Made by a program: the position numbers and the translations under genes
Assembly: GCA_005799545.1 (NCBI GenBank)
Contig: SYGM01000073.1
Coordinates: 1,190 to 65,189, forward strand
DNA length: 64,000 bases
Direction: 5' to 3'
DNA from: Planctomycetia bacterium
Lineage (GTDB): Bacteria; Planctomycetota; UBA1135; GCA-002686595
Shown: piece after piece, positions 45,085 to 53,201 of the stretch
How the letters are laid out: each line of letters opens with the position of its first letter
How positions within the stretch are numbered: position 1 is the stretch's first letter
Notes under the pieces: model-generated
What the model saw: the letters and a program-made list of their open reading frames with translations, nothing else
Databases searched by the model: none
What the model was told of the DNA's origin: nothing

Positions 45085-46185
45085 ATGAGCGCCGGCCTGA
45101 GCATCTCCAAGGGCACGCTGCACGTCATCGTGGCGTTTGATGTGGGCTTTGCCGTGGACCTCACGGCCTGTCGGCGCTCGATCACCGATCTCACGGAGCT
45201 GGCAGCGATTCGCCACAAGGGCGCTGCGCCGGCCTACTTCCAGTTCGATCCGCTGCCGTTGCGCGTGACCCAGCGCATTCCGCGGCTGGATCTGGGCTCA
45301 GGCTTCGCGAGCACCGATGAGGTCGAGATCGTCATCTACGATTTCGGCGGCGTCAGCGTGATCTACGACGTTCCGATTCAGGGTGCGCTGGAGCCGCTGA
45401 TTGAGCTCTCCGCGCGCTTGACGGCCTCATCCTCCGTGCGCGAGGACGCCCGCTCGCGCATCGAACACCTGCTGGCTGTGATTGAGCCGGCGGTGACGCG
45501 TCCCAACATCGAGGCACTGACGGAGGAGTACTACATCTTCCAAGTGCAGGGTTTCGAAGGTCAACCGGCGCTGGACCCGCCGGTCAGCGCGCACGCCGGC
45601 GATCTGGCGCGGCTGCTGCGCGCGGAAACCGATCCCCTGAGCGATCAGGAAGTGCAGGACGCGCTCTCCAGCCGGGCCTCCTTCGGTCGCAAGGATCTTG
45701 CGATCATCGACTGGAACGCGGCGCTCCTGATCGACAGCGAGCCGCAGGATGTCATCAGCGTGCTCGAGTTCGCCAATCTGCAGCTCTTGGAGCTGCGCTT
45801 CCTCGATTCACGACTCGATGCGGCGTTGGATCGCAGCTACGAGCGGCTGGCGCGCGATCAGAGCACCCGTTGGCGCCTGCCCGGCGGTACGCAGGGCGAT
45901 CTGCGGCGCGTGGCCCAGCTGCAGGTCGACGGCGCGGTGCTTTTCGAGCGCATCAACAATGCGCTCAAGCTGCTTGGGGATCAGTATCTGGCGCGCGTGT
46001 ATCGCTCGGCGAGCCAGCGCTACCGGCTTTCGGAGTGGAACAGCTCCATCGCGCGCAAGCTCGAAACGCTGGAGAGCATCTACGAGAAGCTCCACGACCA
46101 TGCGGCCGAGGCGCGCATGGAACTTCTGGAGTGGATCATCATCATCCTCATCGCGATCGGGCTGGTGGTGCCCCTGCTGGGCTAG
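45085..46185 (+). CDS. RMD1/DUF155-like protein with C-terminal TM helix
   Basis: 'VEIVIYDFGGVSVIYDV' and the C-terminal 'LLEWIIIILIAIGLVVPLLG' fit the DUF155 pattern as I remember it. The call is tentative. Confidence 0.4.
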   Translation: MSAGLSISKGTLHVIVAFDVGFAVDLTACRRSITDLTELAAIRHKGAAPAYFQFDPLPLRVTQRIPRLDLGSGFASTDEVEIVIYDFGGVSVIYDVPIQGALEPLIELSARLTASSSVREDARSRIEHLLAVIEPAVTRPNIEALTEEYYIFQVQGFEGQPALDPPVSAHAGDLARLLRAETDPLSDQEVQDALSSRASFGRKDLAIIDWNAALLIDSEPQDVISVLEFANLQLLELRFLDSRLDAALDRSYERLARDQSTRWRLPGGTQGDLRRVAQLQVDGAVLFERINNALKLLGDQYLARVYRSASQRYRLSEWNSSIARKLETLESIYEKLHDHAAEARMELLEWIIIILIAIGLVVPLLG

Positions 46186-47257
46186 TGCTCTCCGTAGTAC
46201 GGGTGCCTCCCTCGGTCTTGGCACCTGCCGGAGTTGTGGTGACTGCCGGAGTTGCGGTGCACCACTGCGCCCCGTGTTTCTTCCACCAGGCCAACCAGGC
46301 CGCGTTGGAATGCATGCCGCGCAGACCCGTGATCTGCGCCAGGCTGCCGCGGATCACGGACTGCTCATAGAGCACCCCTGAGCTGCCGACACCGGTCACA
46401 GCGGCATCGAGCACCGCACCCTCGAGCAGCGTGTTGACGGAGGGATCGGCCACCGAGGAGAAGGCCGCGACCTCGACATCGAAGTCCTGCACATAGGCGC
46501 GCTGGCTGCCGATGAAGATGTGGCTGTGGGGGATGCGCGAAGAGGGGGCCGAGCCTGACTGCGGCGCAGCCAGTCGCGCCATCAGCGGCTCGACGCCGGC
46601 CCGGCTTCCGACGATGCCCAGCGCGCGCGCCGCGGCGGTGCGTTCCGCCGCGGAGCCGCCGCGCTCCAGCGTGCGCACCAGCGGCAGCACCCAGTTGGGA
46701 TCCTGCGCGGCGCGGATCGTGCGCGCGGCCTGGGTCTGCACCTCCAGCGAAGGATCGTAGATCGCAGAGCGCAGCACCGCCTGAGCGGCGTTGCCGGGGA
46801 AAGCGCGTCGCAGGCCCACCAGTGCGATCGCGCGACGCTCGACGATGTTGCTGCGAAGAGCCAGCTCCAGCTCACGCTGCCATTCCTCGCGCGTGACACC
46901 GCGCTCCAGCGCCATGAGGCTGAGCTCACGCACGGCTGCAGCGCCAGAGCGGGGCCCCGCATCGCGCCACAGTTCCTCGCGCGGCTTGTCGAGCTGGATC
47001 CAGTTGCCGGTGCGCAGCTCGGCGATGGCCGCGGCGTGATCAGGATCGACGCTGAGCACGCGGTCGAGCTCCCGCAGCGCCTGCGCCTTGAGCCCGGCGC
47101 GGCGGGCCTGCTCGCACCACTGGACGCGCGCGTTGAGATCGCGGGCATCGATCTGGCGCAACTGCGTCTCCAGCCGTGCCTGCACGGGTGTGGGATCGCT
47201 TGCGTTGGAAACAGGTGCGAGCAGCAGGGCCCAGGCGAGCAGGGAAAGGGTGGTCAT
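46148..47257 (-). CDS. Secreted HEAT-repeat protein carrying a secretin-derived segment near its C-terminus
   Basis: Signal 'MTTLSLLAWALLLAPVSNAS'. HEAT/PBS-lyase-like repeats '...RRAIALVGLRRAFPGNAAQAVLRSAIYDPSLEVQTQAARTIRAAQDPNWVLPLVRTL...ERTAAARALGIVGS'. Then 'SQRAYVQDFDVEVAAFSSVADPSVNTLLEGAVLDA', matching both secretins. Confidence 0.65.
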   Translation of the reverse strand: MTTLSLLAWALLLAPVSNASDPTPVQARLETQLRQIDARDLNARVQWCEQARRAGLKAQALRELDRVLSVDPDHAAAIAELRTGNWIQLDKPREELWRDAGPRSGAAAVRELSLMALERGVTREEWQRELELALRSNIVERRAIALVGLRRAFPGNAAQAVLRSAIYDPSLEVQTQAARTIRAAQDPNWVLPLVRTLERGGSAAERTAAARALGIVGSRAGVEPLMARLAAPQSGSAPSSRIPHSHIFIGSQRAYVQDFDVEVAAFSSVADPSVNTLLEGAVLDAAVTGVGSSGVLYEQSVIRGSLAQITGLRGMHSNAAWLAWWKKHGAQWCTATPAVTTTPAGAKTEGGTRTTESTSPAGAPPARSR

Positions 47258-47277
47258 GGCGTTGTTAGGATGGGCGA

Positions 47278-48297
47278 ATGCTGGCTTTCCTTATGGTGTT
47301 CGCCGCGGCGCTGCCATCGACGACAGCCGATTCTACCCGGCCTCTGGAGCAGGGTTTCCGTGTCGTGCGCGAGCATTTCCGGCCCGCGCAACCGATACCA
47401 CTCGCCGCCGGCTCGCAGTTCACGCTGCCGCGTTTTGAGAATCGTGCCCGCGAGGCGCTGGTGTCGTGGAACCTCGCTCTCGAGCCGGGAGCGGCCGCAC
47501 GGATCGAGGCCCGCGTGGGGCGCTGGGACGATGCGTTGCAGGCGACACCGTGGTTGTTTGTGGGTTACGCCGGTGCCGTGCCGGCGACGAAAGGTCAGCA
47601 GCAAGGCGGTTTTGCACAGATCGATGTCGATGTGCTGCGCTCGGAGGTGCCGCTGGGCTGGATCGAGGTGCGCGTCTCCAACACGGGCCGCGCTCCGTTG
47701 CGGGTGGAACGCGTTGACATCACGCTGCGCGATCGCCAACGCAGGAGCGCTTTGGCTGCGCCGCCAGCGCCCCTGCGGGCCATGCCAGCACTCCAGGTGC
47801 CCGCGCGGTCCCAGCGGCACGATACGGGCGCGCTTGGCAGCCGCCTGTGCAGTCCCACCAGCGTCAGCATGGTGCTCGCCTACCACGGCATCGAACTACC
47901 GACGCTCACGGTGGCGGCGAGCAGTCATGACGCGCTGCACGACATCTACGGCAACTGGCCGCGCAATGTGCAGGCGGCTTTCGAGCACGGGCTGGAAGGT
48001 TACCTGACGGCGATCGCGCGCTGGAGCGAGGCCGAGGCTCTGCTTGCACGCGGCATCCCGCTGGTGATCAGCATCGCGGCCGGCGAAGGTGAGCTGCGCG
48101 GCGCACCGTATGCGCGTACGGGAGGGCATCTGTTGGTGCTGCGCGGTGTCGATGCGCGCGGCGATCTGCTGGCGATGGACCCGGCCAGTTCGACTCAACC
48201 GGAGCGCACCTACCGTCGCTCCGACCTGACCCGCTGCTGGCTGGCGCGCGGGGGGACCTGCTATGTGCTGCTGGGGCCGCGCCGGCCACAGCGCTGA
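47278..48297 (+). CDS. Secreted protein with C-terminal papain-like C39-type peptidase domain
   Basis: Signal 'MLAFLMVFAAALPSTTA'. 'LCSPTSVSMVLAYHGIE' (Cys block) and '...GGHLLVLRGVDARGD' (His block) fit the Peptidase_C39-like pattern. The call is tentative. Confidence 0.5.
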   Translation: MLAFLMVFAAALPSTTADSTRPLEQGFRVVREHFRPAQPIPLAAGSQFTLPRFENRAREALVSWNLALEPGAAARIEARVGRWDDALQATPWLFVGYAGAVPATKGQQQGGFAQIDVDVLRSEVPLGWIEVRVSNTGRAPLRVERVDITLRDRQRRSALAAPPAPLRAMPALQVPARSQRHDTGALGSRLCSPTSVSMVLAYHGIELPTLTVAASSHDALHDIYGNWPRNVQAAFEHGLEGYLTAIARWSEAEALLARGIPLVISIAAGEGELRGAPYARTGGHLLVLRGVDARGDLLAMDPASSTQPERTYRRSDLTRCWLARGGTCYVLLGPRRPQR

Positions 48298-48339
48298 GAA
48301 GTTGTCGCTGAAAACTTGGCGCTGAACATTCAGCGCTGA
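48292..48339. repeat. Four CGCTGA motifs at an exact 14-nt period spanning a convergent intergenic gap
   Basis: cgctga at 48292, 48306, 48320 and 48334 (read directly). The first contains the TGA stop of 47278..48297. The last lies in the last codons of 48330..49448 (minus strand). Confidence 0.8.
48319..48336. terminator. Palindromic hairpin gcgctgaa-ca-ttcagcgc between convergent genes (possible bidirectional terminator)
   Basis: 8+8-nt perfect inverted repeat. On the minus strand it is followed by caagttttc. There is no long T-tract, so terminator function is uncertain. Confidence 0.4.
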
Positions 48340-49448
48340 AAGATCGGCAAGAGGCTCTCCGGCAGCGCGAGGAACAGCGCGTTCATGGCCGTGGCGTAGC
48401 TCGTGCCGTAGCGCTCGTCCTTCCAGACGCCCTGCGCATTGCGCGCCCGCAGCACGCGCTCGCATTCGCGCGGATACCAGTCCTGAAACAGGGCACGCTC
48501 GCGGGCCTGCCAGAAGCACAGCGCCAGATACAGCCGCTCGTAGTAGGGGCAGGAGACATGCATCCCGTCTGCGGGATCATTGGCCTGTTCCGGTGACACT
48601 CCCGCCGCGTCGCGCCGGGCGAGCTCGAGTGCCAGCCAATCGAGTCCGCGCCGCACGCTGGCGGCTTCGTATTCGCCGGCTGCCTGAAGTGTCGCGAGCG
48701 CCGCCGCCGTGAGCGCCACGCTGGAGTGATCATCCCCGAGGCTGTAGCAGAAGGAACCATCTTTCTTTTGGGAGCGCTCGACATAGCGCACAGCGCGCCG
48801 CACGGGTTCGGCTTCGATGCGCAGGCCCGCACCCTGGGCACCGCGCAACGCTGCGAGGCACGCGATCGTCAGCGAACCCTCGTGCCTCACGCTCTTCTCA
48901 AAGCCGTACCACCAGCCGCCCTCGAGGCCCTGCGTGCCGAGGATGCAGCGGGTGGATGCGCTCAGCGCGGATTCCAGCCGCTTGCCCAGCAGTGATTGCG
49001 GGCTCTGGCACCAGGCCTGGCTCAGCGCCAGCGCGGCAAAGCCCTGACCATGCATGCGCGAGATGAGGTCGCGCTCGTCGGTGATCACGCCGCTGGTGGC
49101 GTCGGTGCGGGCGAGCAGCCATTCGAGATTGCGCTCGAGCGCCACATGCTGCCTGCCGCGACCGGGCAGGTTGCCGCCCGCCATCAGCGCCAGCGATCCC
49201 AGCGCCGTGACGGCAACGGGCGCTCCCAGGCGCGCATCCGTGCAGGCGATCGAGCCGTTCTCTTCGAGCGCTCCTGCCAGATGATCCAAGGCCGCATCCA
49301 GCGCGCGGCGGCGCAGCTCCTCCGCGCCAGACGGTGCGAACGCCGGTGCAGGCGACTGATCCTGTTCGAACGCCGCCGGCAACGGACCGCACAGCAACAG
49401 AAATGCCGCGACGAACAGGCTTCGCCGCGGCATCACAATCCGGTTCAC
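48330..49448 (-). CDS. Secreted prenyltransferase/terpene-cyclase-like alpha/alpha-toroid repeat protein (paralogue 1), ends ...LLPIFQR
   Basis: Signal 'MPRRSLFVAAFLLLCGPLPAAF'. Repeats with 'GGWWYG', 'DGSFCYS', 'GVWKDERYG' are typical of squalene-cyclase/prenyltransferase-type repeats. GTG 49448 overlaps the upstream TGA (GTGA); the alternative start is ATG 49433. Confidence 0.65.
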   Translation of the reverse strand: MNRIVMPRRSLFVAAFLLLCGPLPAAFEQDQSPAPAFAPSGAEELRRRALDAALDHLAGALEENGSIACTDARLGAPVAVTALGSLALMAGGNLPGRGRQHVALERNLEWLLARTDATSGVITDERDLISRMHGQGFAALALSQAWCQSPQSLLGKRLESALSASTRCILGTQGLEGGWWYGFEKSVRHEGSLTIACLAALRGAQGAGLRIEAEPVRRAVRYVERSQKKDGSFCYSLGDDHSSVALTAAALATLQAAGEYEAASVRRGLDWLALELARRDAAGVSPEQANDPADGMHVSCPYYERLYLALCFWQARERALFQDWYPRECERVLRARNAQGVWKDERYGTSYATAMNALFLALPESLLPIFQR

Positions 49449-50332
49449 GGACGCTGGTTGAGCTTCTTGTAGTAGCTGTCGATCCAGTCGCGGTAGCGCG
49501 CGGGGTACTCACCGCCGCCCTGCGAACGGAACACATCGCGCGCGTGCTCGGGCAGGAAGCCCCAGGTTTCCGCGGTGTTGGCGTTGTTCGCGACAGCGCC
49601 CTTCTCCGAACCCGGAGGCGGTGCGCCATCCTGCTGCGTGGCAGGCTGATCCGAGGCCCGGTTGCCATCGGGACGACCCTGTCCTTGCGGCTTGTTCTGC
49701 GCCGTCGCCGGCTGCTGGCCGCCGCCCGCTTCGCGGCGGTCCGCGCCGGTCTGTTCACGCTGCGTGGTCGCATCGCGAGAACCTTCCAGCGGGCTCTGCT
49801 TGCCGGCACTGGGTTGCTGGCTCTGCGCGGTCTCACCCGAAGGCGAGGAGCCGGGCTTCTTGCTGACGGTCTTGCGCAGCGAAGAGCACTGACCGCTGGA
49901 GCAGTCCGAGTTGCTCTGCTTGGGAATGGACGCCAGCTCAAGGATCTCGTCGATGCTCTTCACGACCGACTCGCTCTCGCTCCGGGAGCGCTTCATCAGT
50001 TCGGTCATGGCCTTGGCGGACTGACCCGCCTCCCGGGCCGCATCACCGGCGCCGCTGCCGCCCGCCGCAGCGTTCTCGAGCAGGCGGTCGATGCTGCGCA
50101 GCTGCTTCTCGACATCGCGGATCAGCTCTTCGAGACGCGCATCGATCTCATCGTCGGTCTGGTTGCCGCCGAGCACCGGAGGCAGCTTGACATCGATCGG
50201 AGGCGCCGTTTCTTCAACGGGCTTGGCTCCGCTCGGCTGGCCTTGCTCCTGAGCGGTCAGCGGGAAGGCGAGGCACAGCGCGGCGAGTGCGGGGATCCAG
50301 CGGTTGCGTTGCATGAATCGATTCTCCTTCAT
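49445..50332 (-). CDS. Secreted low-complexity (Q/G/S/P-rich) protein with conserved-looking C-terminus, unknown function
   Basis: ATG 50332 overlaps the upstream TGA (ATGA). Signal 'WIPALAALCLAFPLTAQE'. Short coiled segment. C-terminus 'WGFLPEHARDVFRSQGGGEYPARYRDWIDSYYKKLNQ'. Confidence 0.55.
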   Translation of the reverse strand: MKENRFMQRNRWIPALAALCLAFPLTAQEQGQPSGAKPVEETAPPIDVKLPPVLGGNQTDDEIDARLEELIRDVEKQLRSIDRLLENAAAGGSGAGDAAREAGQSAKAMTELMKRSRSESESVVKSIDEILELASIPKQSNSDCSSGQCSSLRKTVSKKPGSSPSGETAQSQQPSAGKQSPLEGSRDATTQREQTGADRREAGGGQQPATAQNKPQGQGRPDGNRASDQPATQQDGAPPPGSEKGAVANNANTAETWGFLPEHARDVFRSQGGGEYPARYRDWIDSYYKKLNQRP

Positions 50333-53199
50333 GGATTTTCGTCCTCCGGATCCGGAAGACCCAGTCGTTTCCTGAATTTACCAAACAAATCCGTGGTGCG
50401 CTGGTGTTTCCAGGCCAGCCGCTGGAGGTCCTCCAGCACGAGGGGGTCGGCGGGTTCGGACCCGTCGCCGGCCTCCAGCTCGGGGTGCAGCTTGAGGAAT
50501 TTTTCAATGGAGCGCTGGTTCTCGACCTCCATGCGCCGCAAGAGCTTCAGCTCAGCCACATCCGGCACCAGCTTCGGGGGAGGCGGCTGGCCTGAGTTGG
50601 GCTGGTTGGGATCCTGCTGCTGCTGCTGCTGCTCGGGTGGCTCCTCGCGCCGGCGCTGCTTCTCCTTCTCGAGGGCCTCGGCCAGCCAGTTGAGATTGTC
50701 GCGCACGTCCTGCTGCAGGCCCTGGATGCGCTCGCCGCTCTGGTACTCGCCCTCCTCGCCCATGTCGCGGCCGATGCGCTCCAGATCGGCCTTGAGCTGC
50801 TCGAGCACCTCCGCGAACACCAGACTGCCCTCTTCGGCGATCGCCTTCTGGATCGTCGCCGCGCGCGCGGCCAGTGCCGCCTCGGCCTTGGCGATCTTCT
50901 TGAGTCGCAGGCGCTGGGTGTGGCTGGGGCGCTCACTGCCTTCGCGGGCGCGCTCGACCTCCAGCGTGGCGTCGATCTGCAGCTGGTGCTCGCTCGCCAT
51001 CTGGCGCACTTCCTCGGCGATGCGGAACAGCAGTTCTTCCTGACGCAGCCGCTGGTACTGCTCCTCCTCCTGCGAGAGCTCGCGCTGCGCCTGCTCCATC
51101 TGGCGGCGCGCTTCCTCCGCCGACTGCTCGCCCTCGTCCATTTCTCCTTCGCGGAAGGACTGCTGCGCCTGCTGGGCGCTGCTCTGCGCACCCGAGAGGC
51201 TCTGGGGCTGTGACTGGGCATTGCGCTGGCGGTTGCGTTCGGCAAGCTCGGCAAGTGCCTTGCGCACGCGCTCCTGCTCCTTGGCGAGCTCTTCGGCGGC
51301 GCGCTTTTCTTCCGGAGTCTGCGGCGCGCGCGTCTGGCCGGCAGCCTGCGCCGCCTTCGAGAGGGCCGACTGAGCCTGGCTCTGCGACTGCGAAGCCGAC
51401 TGGCTGCGCCCTTCGTTGAGCTGGGCTTGCGCGGACTGCATCGCCTGCTCCGCGGCTTCGAGCGCCTGCTCGGCCGCCTGCTGCGCCTGCGGGCTCAGGC
51501 CGGACTGCTGCGCGGCGCGCTGCAGCGCCTCGACCTCGCGGGCGAGCGCCTGCTGCTCCTGCGACAGCGCTTGCTGCTCGGGACGCGAAGCCGATTCCGC
51601 CGCGGAGGCCTGGCGCGCGGAATCGAGCGCGGACTGCGCACGCTCCATGGCCTGGCGCGCAGCTTCAGCGGCCTGCTGCGCGTTCTGTGCCGACTGGGCG
51701 GCCTGCGGAGTCTGACCCGCCTGAGCCTGCTGCGCCGATTGCTGCGCAGCCTCGCTGGCGGCCTGTGCCTGCTGCGCGGCTTCCTGCAGTGCCTGCTGCG
51801 CTTGCTGCCCGGCGGGGGAGTTGCCTTGCGGAGCCTCGGCCATGCGGCGGGCCAGCTCCTGTGCGCTCTGGGCCTGGGTGGCCTGGGAGCGCGAGAGCGC
51901 CGGCGCCAGTTCCTCAAGCTCCGACAGACCGGAGCGCAGCGCGCGCTCGGCGGCCGACAGCGCCTCCTGAGTGCCGCCGTTCTCGGATTGAGCCTGCTCG
52001 AGCTTCTCGAGCGCCTCGCGCGCCACGGCGGCGGCACCGCTCTCACCCTGCGCGCGCTCGCGCAGGCCTTCCGCCGCGCTCTGCGCGCCTTGCTGCGCAT
52101 TCTGCTGCTGCTCACGCGCAGCCTGTTCCAGCTGCTCGGCCTGCGCCTCGAGGGTCTTGGCCGCGTTCTCGCGGCCGGCGGCTTCCTTGCCCGCCGCCTG
52201 CGCGGTCTCCGAACCCTGCGTCAGCTGTTCCCCTGCGCGTCGTGCCGCCTCACCGCCCGAGATGCGCGCCGCCTTGTTGTCGCGCTCGGCCGCTGCGGAA
52301 AGCTCCTTCGCTATCTGCTCGGAGCTGCGCTCGCTGCCGCGCAGATCCTGCGCGGCGCCGCGCAGCTCCTGTGCGGCCCGTTCCAGTCGCTCCGCACGCG
52401 CGCTCGACTCCACGGCGCGCTGCAGCGGCTCCTGCAGCGGCGCGAGGGCGCTGTTTTCCTGCGGCGAGAAGCTCTTCGCCACGTTGGCATCGGTGGCCTG
52501 ATCCTTGCGCAGCTGCGCCAGCTCCGCCGCCAGCTGCTCCAGATCCAGAGCGCGGTTCTCGCGGGCCAGTGCCTCGGTGCGCTCCTGCAGCGCGCGCTGA
52601 CGCTCGCGCGCCGACTCCAGCCGCGTCAGCAACTCGCGCTGTTCGGGCGTCTGCATGCGCTCCTGCTGGGCCTGGGCCTGCTCGACGATGCGAGCCTCAT
52701 CCTTGGCGAGCTGCGCCAGATCCGCGGAGATCTGCTTGAGGTCCTTGAGCGCCTTTTCGAGGTTGTCCATCCCCGCGCGGTCCGTCAGGATCTCGTACAG
52801 GCGCTCGAGGCTCTTGACGACCTGCATCTGGGCATCGAGGGCCTGCACGGAAGCGCCCGTGTCGATGCCCTTCTGCGAGGCTTCCATCAGCTCTTCCAGC
52901 GTGCGGTTGCCGTACTCGGCCCGACGCTCCTCGAGGTGCACGATGCCCTGACGCAGCAGCTTGGCGGCGTGCGTGCGGCCCTCGGCATCCATGCGCTGGG
53001 CCAGGAGCTCCATCGTGGAGCGCAGGCGCTTCAATTGGCGCAGCAGCAGCGCCTGATCCTCGGCCAGTGCCTGGCGCGTGCGCGCATCGCCCCCGGACTG
53101 AGTCGGCGCAGACTGGGTCGGCGCGGACTGGGGAGCGGCAGACGGCTGCGGCCCGGTGTTCGACAGCAGAAGGAGCGAGAAGGCAAGCAACGGAAGCAT
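50329..53199 (-). CDS. 956-aa secreted Gln/Ala/Glu-rich coiled-coil protein, unknown function
   Basis: Start moved to ATG 53199 ('MLPLLAFSLLLLSNTGPQ'), 2 nt after the upstream stop. Long heptad-like A/Q/E/R stretches. Q6 run encoded by (CAG)6. C-terminus 'VPDVAELKLLRRMEVENQRSIEKFLKLHPELE'. Confidence 0.65.
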   Translation of the reverse strand: MLPLLAFSLLLLSNTGPQPSAAPQSAPTQSAPTQSGGDARTRQALAEDQALLLRQLKRLRSTMELLAQRMDAEGRTHAAKLLRQGIVHLEERRAEYGNRTLEELMEASQKGIDTGASVQALDAQMQVVKSLERLYEILTDRAGMDNLEKALKDLKQISADLAQLAKDEARIVEQAQAQQERMQTPEQRELLTRLESARERQRALQERTEALARENRALDLEQLAAELAQLRKDQATDANVAKSFSPQENSALAPLQEPLQRAVESSARAERLERAAQELRGAAQDLRGSERSSEQIAKELSAAAERDNKAARISGGEAARRAGEQLTQGSETAQAAGKEAAGRENAAKTLEAQAEQLEQAAREQQQNAQQGAQSAAEGLRERAQGESGAAAVAREALEKLEQAQSENGGTQEALSAAERALRSGLSELEELAPALSRSQATQAQSAQELARRMAEAPQGNSPAGQQAQQALQEAAQQAQAASEAAQQSAQQAQAGQTPQAAQSAQNAQQAAEAARQAMERAQSALDSARQASAAESASRPEQQALSQEQQALAREVEALQRAAQQSGLSPQAQQAAEQALEAAEQAMQSAQAQLNEGRSQSASQSQSQAQSALSKAAQAAGQTRAPQTPEEKRAAEELAKEQERVRKALAELAERNRQRNAQSQPQSLSGAQSSAQQAQQSFREGEMDEGEQSAEEARRQMEQAQRELSQEEEQYQRLRQEELLFRIAEEVRQMASEHQLQIDATLEVERAREGSERPSHTQRLRLKKIAKAEAALAARAATIQKAIAEEGSLVFAEVLEQLKADLERIGRDMGEEGEYQSGERIQGLQQDVRDNLNWLAEALEKEKQRRREEPPEQQQQQQDPNQPNSGQPPPPKLVPDVAELKLLRRMEVENQRSIEKFLKLHPELEAGDGSEPADPLVLEDLQRLAWKHQRTTDLFGKFRKRLGLPDPEDENP

Positions 53200-53201
53200 G
53201 G

